Assembly: GCA_964589775.1 (NCBI GenBank) | Contig: CAZPUN010000039.1 | Coordinates: 48,292-80,291, forward strand | Direction of reading: 5' to 3' | Origin: an uncultured archaeon | GTDB lineage: Archaea; Asgardarchaeota; Thorarchaeia; Thorarchaeales; CAZPUN01 | DNA length: 32,000 nucleotides | Shown: piece by piece, positions 8,628 to 18,045 of the stretch | Numbering within the stretch: the stretch's first letter is position 1 | Layout: the number at the start of each line of letters is the position of its first letter | Notes under the pieces: model-generated | What the model saw: only the letters and a program-made list of their open reading frames with translations | Database searches by the model: none | Told to the model about the DNA's origin: nothing | Translations under genes and position numbers: made by a program

Positions 8628-8647
8628 AAATTAGGCTTGCTTAATTT
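8628..8647. promoter_or_regulatory. Putative DtxR/MntR-family operator (autoregulation)
   Basis: AAATTAGGCTTGCTTAATTT is an imperfect inverted repeat resembling TTAGG-N4-CCTAA boxes, 21 nt upstream of the regulator start. Confidence 0.5.
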
Positions 8648-8668
8648 ATTATGCATAGGTGATATTAT

Positions 8669-9352
8669 TTGACCAATAATGAATATGATGCTACAGAATC
8701 TGAAGAAGAATATTTGGAATATATATATCGCATCGAAGAGATAGAGAAATCACCAGTCAAGACAACGGTAATTGCAGATGAACTTGGATTTTCAGCTCCA
8801 GCTGTTAGTGAAATGTTCAAGAAGTTGTCTTCAAAAGGCTTAGTTACACTTGTCCCTTTTAAAGGAGTGAAATTAACAGAAAAGGGAAGAAAAATTGCGG
8901 AGTGGGTAATAAGCCGACATCGACTTGCAGAGCGATTTTTAGTCGATATGTTAGATTTTGATTGGGCTAAGTCTCATGATGAGGCATGCAAGTGGGAGCA
9001 TATCATTACAGAAGAAGTATATGAGAAAATGTTTATAAAATTAGGAAAACCCCGAACTTGCCCACATGGTAATCCGATTCCATATAAGAATACTGAAAAG
9101 ATTGATACTGGAAAACCACTGTGCGAATATAAGGAAGGAGATGTTTTGATCATCACAAGGATCAGCAGAGAATCTTATGAATCATTACGGCATTTTAAAG
9201 ACCTTGGATTAGTTCCCGGAGTGAGAATCGAAATTAAATGGATATCGCCCATAGACAATTCTATGGTGATTGATGTTAAGAATAAAACCATATCTTTAAG
9301 CAAAAACAATACAAAGATTATATGGGGTAAAATAAAAAGAAGAGAAGGATAG
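8669..9352 (+). CDS. DtxR/MntR/TroR-family metal-dependent repressor with C-terminal FeoA (SH3-like) domain
   Basis: EEYLEYIY, HTH, RHRLAERFL, EACKWEH, CPHGNPIP and FeoA LGLVPG; TTG start after AGGTGA. Confidence 0.93.
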   Translation: MTNNEYDATESEEEYLEYIYRIEEIEKSPVKTTVIADELGFSAPAVSEMFKKLSSKGLVTLVPFKGVKLTEKGRKIAEWVISRHRLAERFLVDMLDFDWAKSHDEACKWEHIITEEVYEKMFIKLGKPRTCPHGNPIPYKNTEKIDTGKPLCEYKEGDVLIITRISRESYESLRHFKDLGLVPGVRIEIKWISPIDNSMVIDVKNKTISLSKNNTKIIWGKIKRREG

Positions 9353-9360
9353 CGTATTCA

Positions 9361-10341
9361 TCAAGATTTTTCATTATTTTGCTTTCGCTTCTTGATGACA
9401 TGATTGAATATTGCCAATGCTACAAAACCAACAATCACACTGTACCATAGAGTTAGTAGGCGAATTAAGATTGTAGAAGCAATTGCAATGGATTCAATTG
9501 CGCCCATACGTATCAGTAAGAATGATGCACTGAACTCAGCGGCACCAAGACCACCAGGAAGGAACGTAATTGCACCCACTACGGAAGCAGTAGCATGTAC
9601 GAATATAGCTTGATTAATAGATAATGGAAATCCTAAAGCGTTTACAATGAGCCAGAGTGCGATACATTCCATAAGCCAACCAGGAACACTGATCAATGTG
9701 CTTAGGAGTAAAGGTTTTGGGGATAATGTAGCAGATAGAGTGTTTTTGACATCTTCAGCTTTTGCCTCCGGATTATTTTTGAATACGAGTCCAGCTAATT
9801 TTCCTAAAACTTTATCATATAATTTTCCAGAACCCAAGAAGATAGCTAAACCCAACACAAGAACGCCCATTACGATAAGTGTTGTAGTCATTTCAGCCAT
9901 GGCGGAAATCCCAAACATAGCAAGAATTACCATGGCAAGCAGATCAGTAATTCGCTCAGAAATTACAACAGTAGCAGTTTTCATGATGGGCTCATCATTG
10001 ACTTGATTTACAAAGTATCCTTTTATTGTCTCACCGATTTTTCCGGGTGTTGTTGTTAATGTAAATCCGGCGAGAAATATGTTAAATGATATTTTCGCAT
10101 CCAAATAAACACCAATTCTATGAAGATAATATTGCCATTTGAAAAAGCGAATTACATAATTTGCAAGAGGCAATGCAAGCAGAATAGGAATGAGCCATAG
10201 AGGAATCAGGCTAAATAGTTGCACCATTTGATTAAATCCTACTAGGAGTGTAGCAATCAGATATATGGCAACACCTGCTATGACGAATGCTACGACCTTT
10301 CCGGGCGTAATGATTTTCTTTTCAGTTTTTTCTGAAGTCAT
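9361..10341 (-). CDS. UPF0104 / lysylphosphatidylglycerol-synthase-TM family flippase-like membrane protein
   Basis: Motifs RFFKWQYYL, TPGKIGE, SERITD, LPGGLGAAE and LIRLLTLW. Confidence 0.9.
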   Translation of the reverse strand: MTSEKTEKKIITPGKVVAFVIAGVAIYLIATLLVGFNQMVQLFSLIPLWLIPILLALPLANYVIRFFKWQYYLHRIGVYLDAKISFNIFLAGFTLTTTPGKIGETIKGYFVNQVNDEPIMKTATVVISERITDLLAMVILAMFGISAMAEMTTTLIVMGVLVLGLAIFLGSGKLYDKVLGKLAGLVFKNNPEAKAEDVKNTLSATLSPKPLLLSTLISVPGWLMECIALWLIVNALGFPLSINQAIFVHATASVVGAITFLPGGLGAAEFSASFLLIRMGAIESIAIASTILIRLLTLWYSVIVGFVALAIFNHVIKKRKQNNEKS

Positions 10342-11073
10342 TTAGAACTCACCTATGAATTTGGATAGGACTACACGAAGATACTTCATTTCGAAACTAG
10401 CCAAGTGGGCAACATATCCCGATGGCTTACCGAATACTTTTTGGTCCCCTTTTAACAGGGCTTCTCTCAATTCATCGAGAGATTCTACTTCTGGTAATAA
10501 AGTTATCGCACTAGCAATTTCCCATGGAAAGTGTGCATCAGATCCAGCAGTCAATGGCTTTCCTAATTTTCTGGCAAATTCTTGAGCGATTTCGTTGAAT
10601 TCAGGTCTGAGACAGCGAGCATTGAATCCTTCGATCAAATCAACATGCTTCTTAATATCACTAATTTTCACATACCCATGTTTCCAATTAGAATAGCCTT
10701 CAATTTTCAATCGGCTTTTATTTCTTATTGAATCAAAGGGGTGGGGTATTACAACAAGTCCATTTTGATCATGAATCATTTCAACAGTTTCAATAAAGCT
10801 AATCTTCTTAGGTACATGGTGTTCAACAAAAAGTCCAATTACTTCTCCTTGAAGAGTTTTTACTTCAACTCCGGGAATAACTAGGAAATTTTCAATTCTC
10901 GGTAATTTATCTTTTTTCCATACCTTATTATGTTCAGTAAAAGCTAAACCGTTCAACCCACGTTTCTTTGCAAGCTTGAGCATACGATATGGTTCATTAT
11001 AAGAATCTGTAGAATAGTAAGAATGATTATGAAAATCGAAGGCTGAAAAGCCTTCTTTAATTTGCCATTTCAT
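10342..11073 (-). CDS. PHP-domain metal-dependent phosphoesterase
   Basis: Motifs DFHNHS, TEHN, GVEV, PHPF, EGFN and GSDAH; ATG at 11073 preferred because of the GAGGTG RBS at ~11080-11085. Confidence 0.9.
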   Translation of the reverse strand: MKWQIKEGFSAFDFHNHSYYSTDSYNEPYRMLKLAKKRGLNGLAFTEHNKVWKKDKLPRIENFLVIPGVEVKTLQGEVIGLFVEHHVPKKISFIETVEMIHDQNGLVVIPHPFDSIRNKSRLKIEGYSNWKHGYVKISDIKKHVDLIEGFNARCLRPEFNEIAQEFARKLGKPLTAGSDAHFPWEIASAITLLPEVESLDELREALLKGDQKVFGKPSGYVAHLASFEMKYLRVVLSKFIGEF

Positions 11074-11083
11074 CACAACCACC

Positions 11084-12022
11084 TCATGGTGGATTAAGGA
11101 AATCAAAGCTCACCTTGATTTCTGGGAAGAATGTACTCAACCATGTGAGGAAACCCATAATTTCTGCCCAGAAATAGAACAAAGCAGTAACAGATACAAC
11201 AAATATGATTCCACCATAAAGCATGGTTTTGTCAGATAATGCTTTGTGGGGTTTACGACCTGCAGGATGTCCAATGAAGACTAAATACATGTATCTCAAG
11301 ACCAAACTGGCAACAATTGGAATTGTAATGATCAGTCGTTGCTGTACAGATTCACAATATAATGTGTAATAAAGAATAATCATTGCACCAGACATTGATA
11401 TTGCATGGTCAAGAATGTTGTGATTGTATTTTCGCATGACTTTCTTGTGAGCTGCAGCTTCGTCTTTTAGAAGCAACATCTCATTTTTGCGTTTACTGAA
11501 TCCGAGAAGTAATGCGACAAAGAATACACCAATTACAAGCCATGAAGTAAATGGAATGGATGCCAGAACACAACCGCCAATTGCACGCCATACAAATCCA
11601 ATACCAATTGTAACTACGTCTATTATTGCTACATTCTCAAGATAATGATTGTAAATCTGGGTAGTTATGAAATAAAGGATAAGAATTAGGAAGAAAGCAA
11701 GACTGAGAACATAGCCAAGGAACATGCCCGCGATGAATGTAAATATTGCAAATACCTTAGCAGAGCGAATAGAGATCTTTCCAGAGGGAAGAGGACGCTT
11801 TTTCTTTTCCGGATGAACTTTATCTTCCTCAATATCTTCGATATCATTAAGAATGTAGCTGGTACTAGATAATAGAGAGAATGCAAAGAACCCTACGATT
11901 AATGGGGGATAATAGACCAATTCAAAGGCATGCATCGAGAACAACATTCCAATAAATACTAGCAAGTTTTTATACCATTGCCAAGGACGCATGAGATAGA
12001 CGTAGTCGCGGGCACTTCCCAT
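11084..12022 (-). CDS. UbiA-superfamily polyprenyl-phosphate phosphoribosyltransferase (Rv3806c/NoeC-like)
   Basis: RPWQWYKNLLVF, YILNDIEDIEEDKVHPEKKKRPLPSG and FSKRKNE are characteristic of the DPPR-synthase subfamily. Confidence 0.88.
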   Translation of the reverse strand: MGSARDYVYLMRPWQWYKNLLVFIGMLFSMHAFELVYYPPLIVGFFAFSLLSSTSYILNDIEDIEEDKVHPEKKKRPLPSGKISIRSAKVFAIFTFIAGMFLGYVLSLAFFLILILYFITTQIYNHYLENVAIIDVVTIGIGFVWRAIGGCVLASIPFTSWLVIGVFFVALLLGFSKRKNEMLLLKDEAAAHKKVMRKYNHNILDHAISMSGAMIILYYTLYCESVQQRLIITIPIVASLVLRYMYLVFIGHPAGRKPHKALSDKTMLYGGIIFVVSVTALFYFWAEIMGFLTWLSTFFPEIKVSFDFLNPP

Positions 12023-12024
12023 TA

Positions 12025-13107
12025 TTATACCTCCGAATACTGATTGAATAACTTTCCATATGGTGTGTTAAAGTACCATTTCACGTATTTTTTGCCAAAT
12101 AGAGGGAGCCAGAACCAGTCATGGTAGATTCCAGAAGCTGCACGGGGGAACTGGAAGAAGATAGTTCTGAACAGTAAATATTCAAGAGGCGAATCAAGAA
12201 ATACTCTATTATAATGGATAACAGGGCTTTGGGCCGGATTAAGGTGGAAGTTTGGCAATTCATCGATTGATGAAAAGTCTCCGGTGATCTTTATCTTATC
12301 TGGATTTGATTCACCAAGTCCATACTCAGAAGCAATCTGCAGTTTCTTAATTGCTTTTAATGGAAGACCCATGACTAATGTCTGAACAGTATCAATTGCA
12401 ACAGGGTCATTTGAGGCTAAGAGGATATTACCAATATGCGGCACCATGGTTCTAGGACCGGGGCCATCGCCTAAGATAGTACCATCAGTTAGAATGAATG
12501 TGTTTGGTGCAACTTCCTTTTGAAGCATAAGAAGATCAACTAAGACCTCATGAATCTTGAGATGAGCCAAATGTCGATTCTTTGTCAGAAATAGACCAAA
12601 TGAATTCTTTAAGGCACCAGTCATTCCGGAGTGACCATGAGTTTTAATCGTAGGCAGATGAATAATGTTCTTTCCAATCACAGACTTGGGAGCTATGACT
12701 TCATGGAAGATATCTTCCAGAACCAAAGTCTTACGAGGTAACTTGACATGTACCCACTCATCTTGAACTAGAGGAACAAATTTAATCTTGTGCTTTTTCA
12801 TTACAGGAAGCCAGCGGTTCTTACGAATACCCTGATAAATGTTAGTTACAACAGTTTCATTCTCAACAGCTGTAATCTTTTTGTTACTAATTCCGCCGTG
12901 ATTAATCAAAGTATCAAGTAAATAATCGAAAATGTAAGGAGCAGTTGAACAAGCAGGATAGAATTTAGACCAACTAAGATTTAATTTAATTGCAATTTCC
13001 TGTTCAGGAGGCAAATATTTCTTATAGTTAGCAGCCTCCATAACCCTTCGAACATCATCATGAAGGGTCTCAGGAGATGTTTTTACTACAGCAACAGTAC
13101 TTGTCAT
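12025..13107 (-). CDS. DUF362 family protein without a ferredoxin extension
   Basis: Motifs IKLN, KTHGHSGMTGALKNSFG, GDGPGP and DPVAID; ATG at 13107 with AGGTGA RBS at 13113-13118. Confidence 0.85.
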   Translation of the reverse strand: MTSTVAVVKTSPETLHDDVRRVMEAANYKKYLPPEQEIAIKLNLSWSKFYPACSTAPYIFDYLLDTLINHGGISNKKITAVENETVVTNIYQGIRKNRWLPVMKKHKIKFVPLVQDEWVHVKLPRKTLVLEDIFHEVIAPKSVIGKNIIHLPTIKTHGHSGMTGALKNSFGLFLTKNRHLAHLKIHEVLVDLLMLQKEVAPNTFILTDGTILGDGPGPRTMVPHIGNILLASNDPVAIDTVQTLVMGLPLKAIKKLQIASEYGLGESNPDKIKITGDFSSIDELPNFHLNPAQSPVIHYNRVFLDSPLEYLLFRTIFFQFPRAASGIYHDWFWLPLFGKKYVKWYFNTPYGKLFNQYSEV

Positions 13108-13413
13108 ATAAATCACCTATCCATTCAATTATTAAATTTTGTCAAATCATTCCACATATATTACTGCAAATAAAAAATCGATTTTCCTTATATGTGTTAT
13201 TGCTTAACTATAAAAATATAATTGTTTTTGAAAAAGAAAAAACACGAATTATACTTCATAACACACTATATAGATCCTCTATTGAGAGAAAACTCTTTGT
13301 GTATATAATTGTGCCAAATGGTTTTTTATTTATTCAAATGATATTTTTGAATACTAAATCCTCAAATCATAATCATTTTCAATTCTACAATTAGTTCATA
13401 TTAAAAAAATTAG

Positions 13414-13451
13414 GCGAATCATCACCGCTTTCTAAAGCGATGAGGACGCGC
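13414..13451. repeat. 38-bp imperfect palindrome, copy 3
   Basis: GCGAATCATCACCGCTTTCTAAAGCGATGAGGACGCGC; first 30 nt are 29/30 identical to copy 1; closing stem GGCG/CGCC. Confidence 0.85.
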
Positions 13452-13463
13452 CTTATTCCAGCA

Positions 13464-15086
13464 TCAGATAAATGCAAGTAAGAATGTTAATATGGCGGTA
13501 GCAGTGGTCATTAATAACGCAACGACTAGTGCGTATTTTATAATCTGCCCTTCAATACCAATTTTGTCTATTACCGCCGCTGCATTCTGTAATTTCGCTG
13601 GAGATAATACACTTGCTAAACCACCCCCAATACCATTAGCAGCTCCAACAACTAATGCATTAGCACCAATAAGCTGGGCAGTCTCACTATGATAGCGAGT
13701 GAACATAGCGATGGCTGAAGTTTCACTACCGGATATGAATCCTGCAAGAAGACCAAGATACGCTGAAGTGAGGGGATATAGCACACCAAAAGTAGCAGCA
13801 GTAGCTGAAGCCAATAAGAAAATCATATTCATTTCGGGAATTCCTCTTTGAGCTGCCGTAAGCCATTCACCAGTAGGTCCGATAATTGAACCACTTTCAT
13901 TTAGAATTTCAGCCATAGCGAAGAAAATTGCAGAAGCTAGAACTGGCTTTGGTGCTCTCTTTTTGGTAAGCGATAATGTCTCTTTCAGCGTTTTCTTATC
14001 ATGCGGTAAGAAAATCATTCCAATGAAGGTAGATATCAGGACTAATGTATATGCATTCCAGAGAGGGCGTGTTGCAATTGTTGCGTGTCCAATAGTAACT
14101 GGAAATGCAAGTGTGTGAAATAGATAATCACGAATTGGTGGGAACATATTCGTAAGAAGTGCAAAAATCACTAGAATTACCCAAGGACTTGAGGCAGCCC
14201 ATAACTTCATGGATTTTTCAGACTCACGATCTTCATCAGTCAGAATCGATTTGTCAATGATTGGGAGTTTCTTAGCTTTTAGATAAAGTGAAATTACACC
14301 AATTACAGCAAGCCCGGCATACACGTTAGTTAGCGTAGTCTGACCTACAAGTGGATTATTAGCAATTATTGCGACACCACCAGCAGTTAAACCAGATAAT
14401 AGAGCCAAAAATAGTGATTCTTTATCGAAGAGCATTTTTTTACCGCCAGCAATCCACAGCATTGCAAGTGCAATTCCTGTAGATACTACAGGCATAAACA
14501 TAGCAAAAGTTGAACCACATACGAATAAAGGATCAATATTCGCAGGCCATGCCCAGCCAGGATTTACTGCCTTAAAGATGTCTGTGAACACTACAACGGG
14601 TATTCCGAGAAGAGCGTAGGTTGTCAATGGATCATAACCCACAGATGGCAAAGCAACTGCAACCAATGGAGAATAACCTAATGCAAGCATGACGGGAGGC
14701 AGCATTGAAACAGGAGTAGCACCTAAACCTACAAGAAATAAGCCCAGTCCAAGGTTTATTAACATAATCTGAGCGGATTTATGCTTTCCGCCAAGAGTCT
14801 TAAAGAATACGATAACACGTTTTAAGGCACCTGTAACATGCATATAGGTAATCATAAAGATTGAAGTGCCAACCATAAGAGAGATTGGAAAAGAACGAAC
14901 CACTCCTGCAATAGTAGCAATAATAGCGACTCGGGGATCTGTTGAGAAGAAAATTATTGCAATTAGCGTTGTTAGAAGCCATGCAACAACACCAGATGAG
15001 TGAGCACCCCATCTGAATTTTACGAGTAAGACAAATGTAACAATGATGGGTATGGAAATTAATAATACACCAGTTATCGAATCCAT
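13464..15086 (-). CDS. lctP: L-lactate permease (LctP family)
   Basis: ~540-aa polytopic membrane protein with GFISGSETSAIAMF and GGGLASVLSPAKLQNAA. Start is ATG 15086 or TTG 15092. Confidence 0.8.
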   Translation of the reverse strand: MDSITGVLLISIPIIVTFVLLVKFRWGAHSSGVVAWLLTTLIAIIFFSTDPRVAIIATIAGVVRSFPISLMVGTSIFMITYMHVTGALKRVIVFFKTLGGKHKSAQIMLINLGLGLFLVGLGATPVSMLPPVMLALGYSPLVAVALPSVGYDPLTTYALLGIPVVVFTDIFKAVNPGWAWPANIDPLFVCGSTFAMFMPVVSTGIALAMLWIAGGKKMLFDKESLFLALLSGLTAGGVAIIANNPLVGQTTLTNVYAGLAVIGVISLYLKAKKLPIIDKSILTDEDRESEKSMKLWAASSPWVILVIFALLTNMFPPIRDYLFHTLAFPVTIGHATIATRPLWNAYTLVLISTFIGMIFLPHDKKTLKETLSLTKKRAPKPVLASAIFFAMAEILNESGSIIGPTGEWLTAAQRGIPEMNMIFLLASATAATFGVLYPLTSAYLGLLAGFISGSETSAIAMFTRYHSETAQLIGANALVVGAANGIGGGLASVLSPAKLQNAAAVIDKIGIEGQIIKYALVVALLMTTATAILTFLLAFI

Positions 15087-15250
15087 TACCAAGCTTCACC
15101 TAAGTATCTTTTTAAGATATGAAATACAAAGGTCCTAAAATAACTTCCCAAAAATGTATGAGTACATTTTCTAGAAAACACACCATACATTAAAAATATA
15201 AAGTACGATTCAAATAATATAATGAAAAGTCGTGCGTGGAGGGTAGAATA

Positions 15251-15772
15251 ATGAAGACATTAATAGGTGTAATAGGCGGAAGTAGTGCTAATGTGGAAGC
15301 TCTAAGAATTGCATATGAAGTCGGAAAAGAAATTGCAAAACGAGAATATATCCTAATCAATGGCGGCAAAGGAGGCGTAATGGAAGCTTCAGCAAAGGGA
15401 GCAAAAGCACTCGGTGGAATTACAATTGGACTTCTCCCAGGCGATTCAATAGATGAGGCGAACAAATATATTGATATTGCTATACCGACGGGACTCGGAC
15501 ATTTACGTAATGGCATTGTTAGTAGAGCTGCCCAAGGCGTTATTGTAATAAATGGAGGCGCAGGAACAATGTCCGAAATTGCTTTCGCTTGGATCTATAA
15601 TAAACCAATCGTAGCAATGAAAAATTCTGGAGGATGGGCAGAAAAAGTAGCCTCAACACGAATTGACGAGAAAAGACCCGATAAAATATATGCAGCAGAA
15701 ACAGCACAAGAGGCTCTCGACTGGATTGAAAATGAATTGAATTCATCAATTAATAATAAAAAGAAGTTATAG
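15251..15772 (+). CDS. TIGR00725 family LOG-like Rossmann-fold nucleotide-binding protein
   Basis: Motifs IGVIGG, NGGKGGVMEA, GLLPG, TGLGHLRN and GGAGTMSE. Confidence 0.9.
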   Translation: MKTLIGVIGGSSANVEALRIAYEVGKEIAKREYILINGGKGGVMEASAKGAKALGGITIGLLPGDSIDEANKYIDIAIPTGLGHLRNGIVSRAAQGVIVINGGAGTMSEIAFAWIYNKPIVAMKNSGGWAEKVASTRIDEKRPDKIYAAETAQEALDWIENELNSSINNKKKL

Positions 15773-17032
15773 GGATTCAATATTATGTGCATCCTTTAAT
15801 TTTAAGGATAGTAGAATTGTAATCACCATGACAAACAAAGTCATATAAAATGGAAGACGATAATTTTGAGCGTACATCCATGTTCCAAGAACTGGGCCTA
15901 AAATTCTCCCCAAGCTTGACGCTGAATTTACGATACCCATTGCTTTTCCACGATCAACCAGGCTTGTCTTGTCAGCAGCAAGAGCAGTTATCGCGGGGGA
16001 TATAAATCCTGTTGATGATGCCAATAGTACAATCCCAATACCAAAAAGAATCAATTCGGTACTTATTGCAAACATACCATAACCTGCAGTGATCAATATG
16101 AGCCCAATAATTATACTCTTTCTACGTCCATGCTTATCGGAATAATGGCTGAACAGTAGTTGAGAAATAATTGAAAAGATTCCGAAGACTGAAAAAACAA
16201 GACTTATACTAAGTGGAGTTAAATATAAGTAGTCCTTTCCAAAAAATCCCAGAACACCCTCAGAAAGTGCAGAACCAAAACTCATTACGGTAGCGATTAC
16301 GAAAATAAGAAACAGAGACCGTACTAATTCCAAACGAGCATATAGACCTTTCTCTGAAGTTGCTCTGTGATGCGCAAGAATAGCTTTCTTTTCAGGTGTT
16401 AGTGATTCTTTTACAAATATGCCAGTAGTGACAAATGTTACTAGCGACAGAATACTTGCAACAACAAACGGTGTGACAAAATCATAAGTGCCATTAGGTC
16501 CAATTGATAATATACCACCAACCATCGGACCAAATATAAACCCGATCATATTTCCAGCCATCAAAATTCCTAAACTCTGACCTCTTTGTTCAATAGGCGA
16601 AACATCAGAGATATATGCAGATGCCGCAGGCATGAATCCACTAGACAGTAATCCTTGAAAGATACGAATTAAGACAAGGTCCCAGAAAGAGTTTGCAAAT
16701 ACGTAGGACAGAGTCACAACTGCATAACCAAGAATTGAAATAAGCATAAGAGGCTTCCTACCCAATCTATCGGACAATGCCCCCATTGGACCAGACATGA
16801 TGAAACGAACTATACTAAAAGTACTCATCAAAATGCCGCCCACAATTGCAACATTACCAATAAATGGCGGAATAAATTTAGGATTATCAAGATAGTATGG
16901 GAACAAAGGCATAATTATGCCAAATCCAAGCATAATGGTTGCAGTTGCAAGAGATAGAATATATACTGGCTTCTTTGAGAAATTTTGCGACTCTTTACGA
17001 ACATAATCTAGTGGATTCGTATCGCCATCCAT
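15767..17032 (-). CDS. MFS efflux transporter (DHA1/TetA-like)
   Basis: Motif A twice (GALSDRLGRKP, SDKHGRRK), RIFQG and GFIFGPMVGG. Confidence 0.92.
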   Translation of the reverse strand: MDGDTNPLDYVRKESQNFSKKPVYILSLATATIMLGFGIIMPLFPYYLDNPKFIPPFIGNVAIVGGILMSTFSIVRFIMSGPMGALSDRLGRKPLMLISILGYAVVTLSYVFANSFWDLVLIRIFQGLLSSGFMPAASAYISDVSPIEQRGQSLGILMAGNMIGFIFGPMVGGILSIGPNGTYDFVTPFVVASILSLVTFVTTGIFVKESLTPEKKAILAHHRATSEKGLYARLELVRSLFLIFVIATVMSFGSALSEGVLGFFGKDYLYLTPLSISLVFSVFGIFSIISQLLFSHYSDKHGRRKSIIIGLILITAGYGMFAISTELILFGIGIVLLASSTGFISPAITALAADKTSLVDRGKAMGIVNSASSLGRILGPVLGTWMYAQNYRLPFYMTLFVMVITILLSLKLKDAHNIESL

Positions 17033-17158
17033 TCAAAAATACCCCAAAATCTTTGTTTGTGTGGTCTTTTTATACATATTTATCATTTCCTAATTGTACA
17101 TGAATCTATACAAAGAATTATTAATATCGATGAGAATCATAACTCGGGAGTGCGTACG

Positions 17159-18025
17159 ATGAAGGATATTATGAAATATTTTACTGACAAAAATTTAGAA
17201 ATTACAGAAGAAGATATGAAAGAAATTCTCGAAAAAGCTGAAAAAGTATTTGAGAAAGAACCAAACGTTGTCAAAAAAGATTTTGAGCAAGTTTTAGTTG
17301 TCGGAGATTTACATGGATTCTGCAATTCTGCAAAATTCGCTTTCGAACTCGTGAATAAATACCTCAAAGATAAAAAAACGGGTATTCTATTTCTTGGAGA
17401 TTATGTAGACCGAGGCCCAGTTATGATTGAAGTTCTATACGCAGTTCTATGGTTCAAATTGAAATATCCAGACCGGGTTATAGTATTGAGAGGAAACCAT
17501 GAGACAGATCCAATAAATCGTAGATACGGATTCTATGAAAAAATGACATGGAACTATGGTGAAGATATGTATAATTTTGCAGAGCAAGTCTTTTCAAAAA
17601 TGCCAATTGCGGCTTTGATAAATAATGAGGCATTTGCCTGCCATGGAGGACTTCCGAAAGATTTGAAAAAGATTGAACAATTAGACGATATAAACAGATT
17701 TGTCTTAGATCCAATAGACGACCCGATATTTCTGCAATTATTGTGGAATGACCCCAGAGATATTGATACTGACTTCGAACCCAACTGGAGAGGCGAAGGA
17801 CTATATTACTTTGGACCAAATGCATACAAGAGATTCAAAGAAGAAAATGGAATCAAGTACATGTTTCGCGCTCATGAGGCAGTTCCATCAGGTATAGTCT
17901 TCCATTTTGATAAAACTCTGGTTACTGTATTCACAGCAGAATATCCAAATGTCACTCCAGCAGTTCTGCTATTCAACAAAAATGGTACATTTAAGGAATT
18001 CTACTACAACATGGACAAAAATTAG
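17159..18025 (+). CDS. PPP-family Ser/Thr protein phosphatase (PP1/PP2A-like)
   Basis: Motifs GDLHG, GDYVDRG, LRGNHE, HGG, LLWNDP, RAHE and TVFTA; ATG at 17159 after GGGAGTG. Confidence 0.93.
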   Translation: MKDIMKYFTDKNLEITEEDMKEILEKAEKVFEKEPNVVKKDFEQVLVVGDLHGFCNSAKFAFELVNKYLKDKKTGILFLGDYVDRGPVMIEVLYAVLWFKLKYPDRVIVLRGNHETDPINRRYGFYEKMTWNYGEDMYNFAEQVFSKMPIAALINNEAFACHGGLPKDLKKIEQLDDINRFVLDPIDDPIFLQLLWNDPRDIDTDFEPNWRGEGLYYFGPNAYKRFKEENGIKYMFRAHEAVPSGIVFHFDKTLVTVFTAEYPNVTPAVLLFNKNGTFKEFYYNMDKN

Positions 18026-18045
18026 AATAGAAGCAACGGGAAAAA

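Noticed and set aside
13077-13394. 105-aa plus-strand ORF
   Set aside because: AT-rich promoter region, biased composition, overlaps the DUF362 start and has no RBS.
1825-13451. 38-bp repeats as a CRISPR array
   Set aside because: Copies are kilobases apart with no regular spacers and there are no cas genes.
12025-15092. DUF362 plus lactate permease as a lactate racemisation unit
   Set aside because: They are separated by ~350 nt containing a hairpin and T-run, and DUF362 is tightly coupled to the UbiA operon instead.
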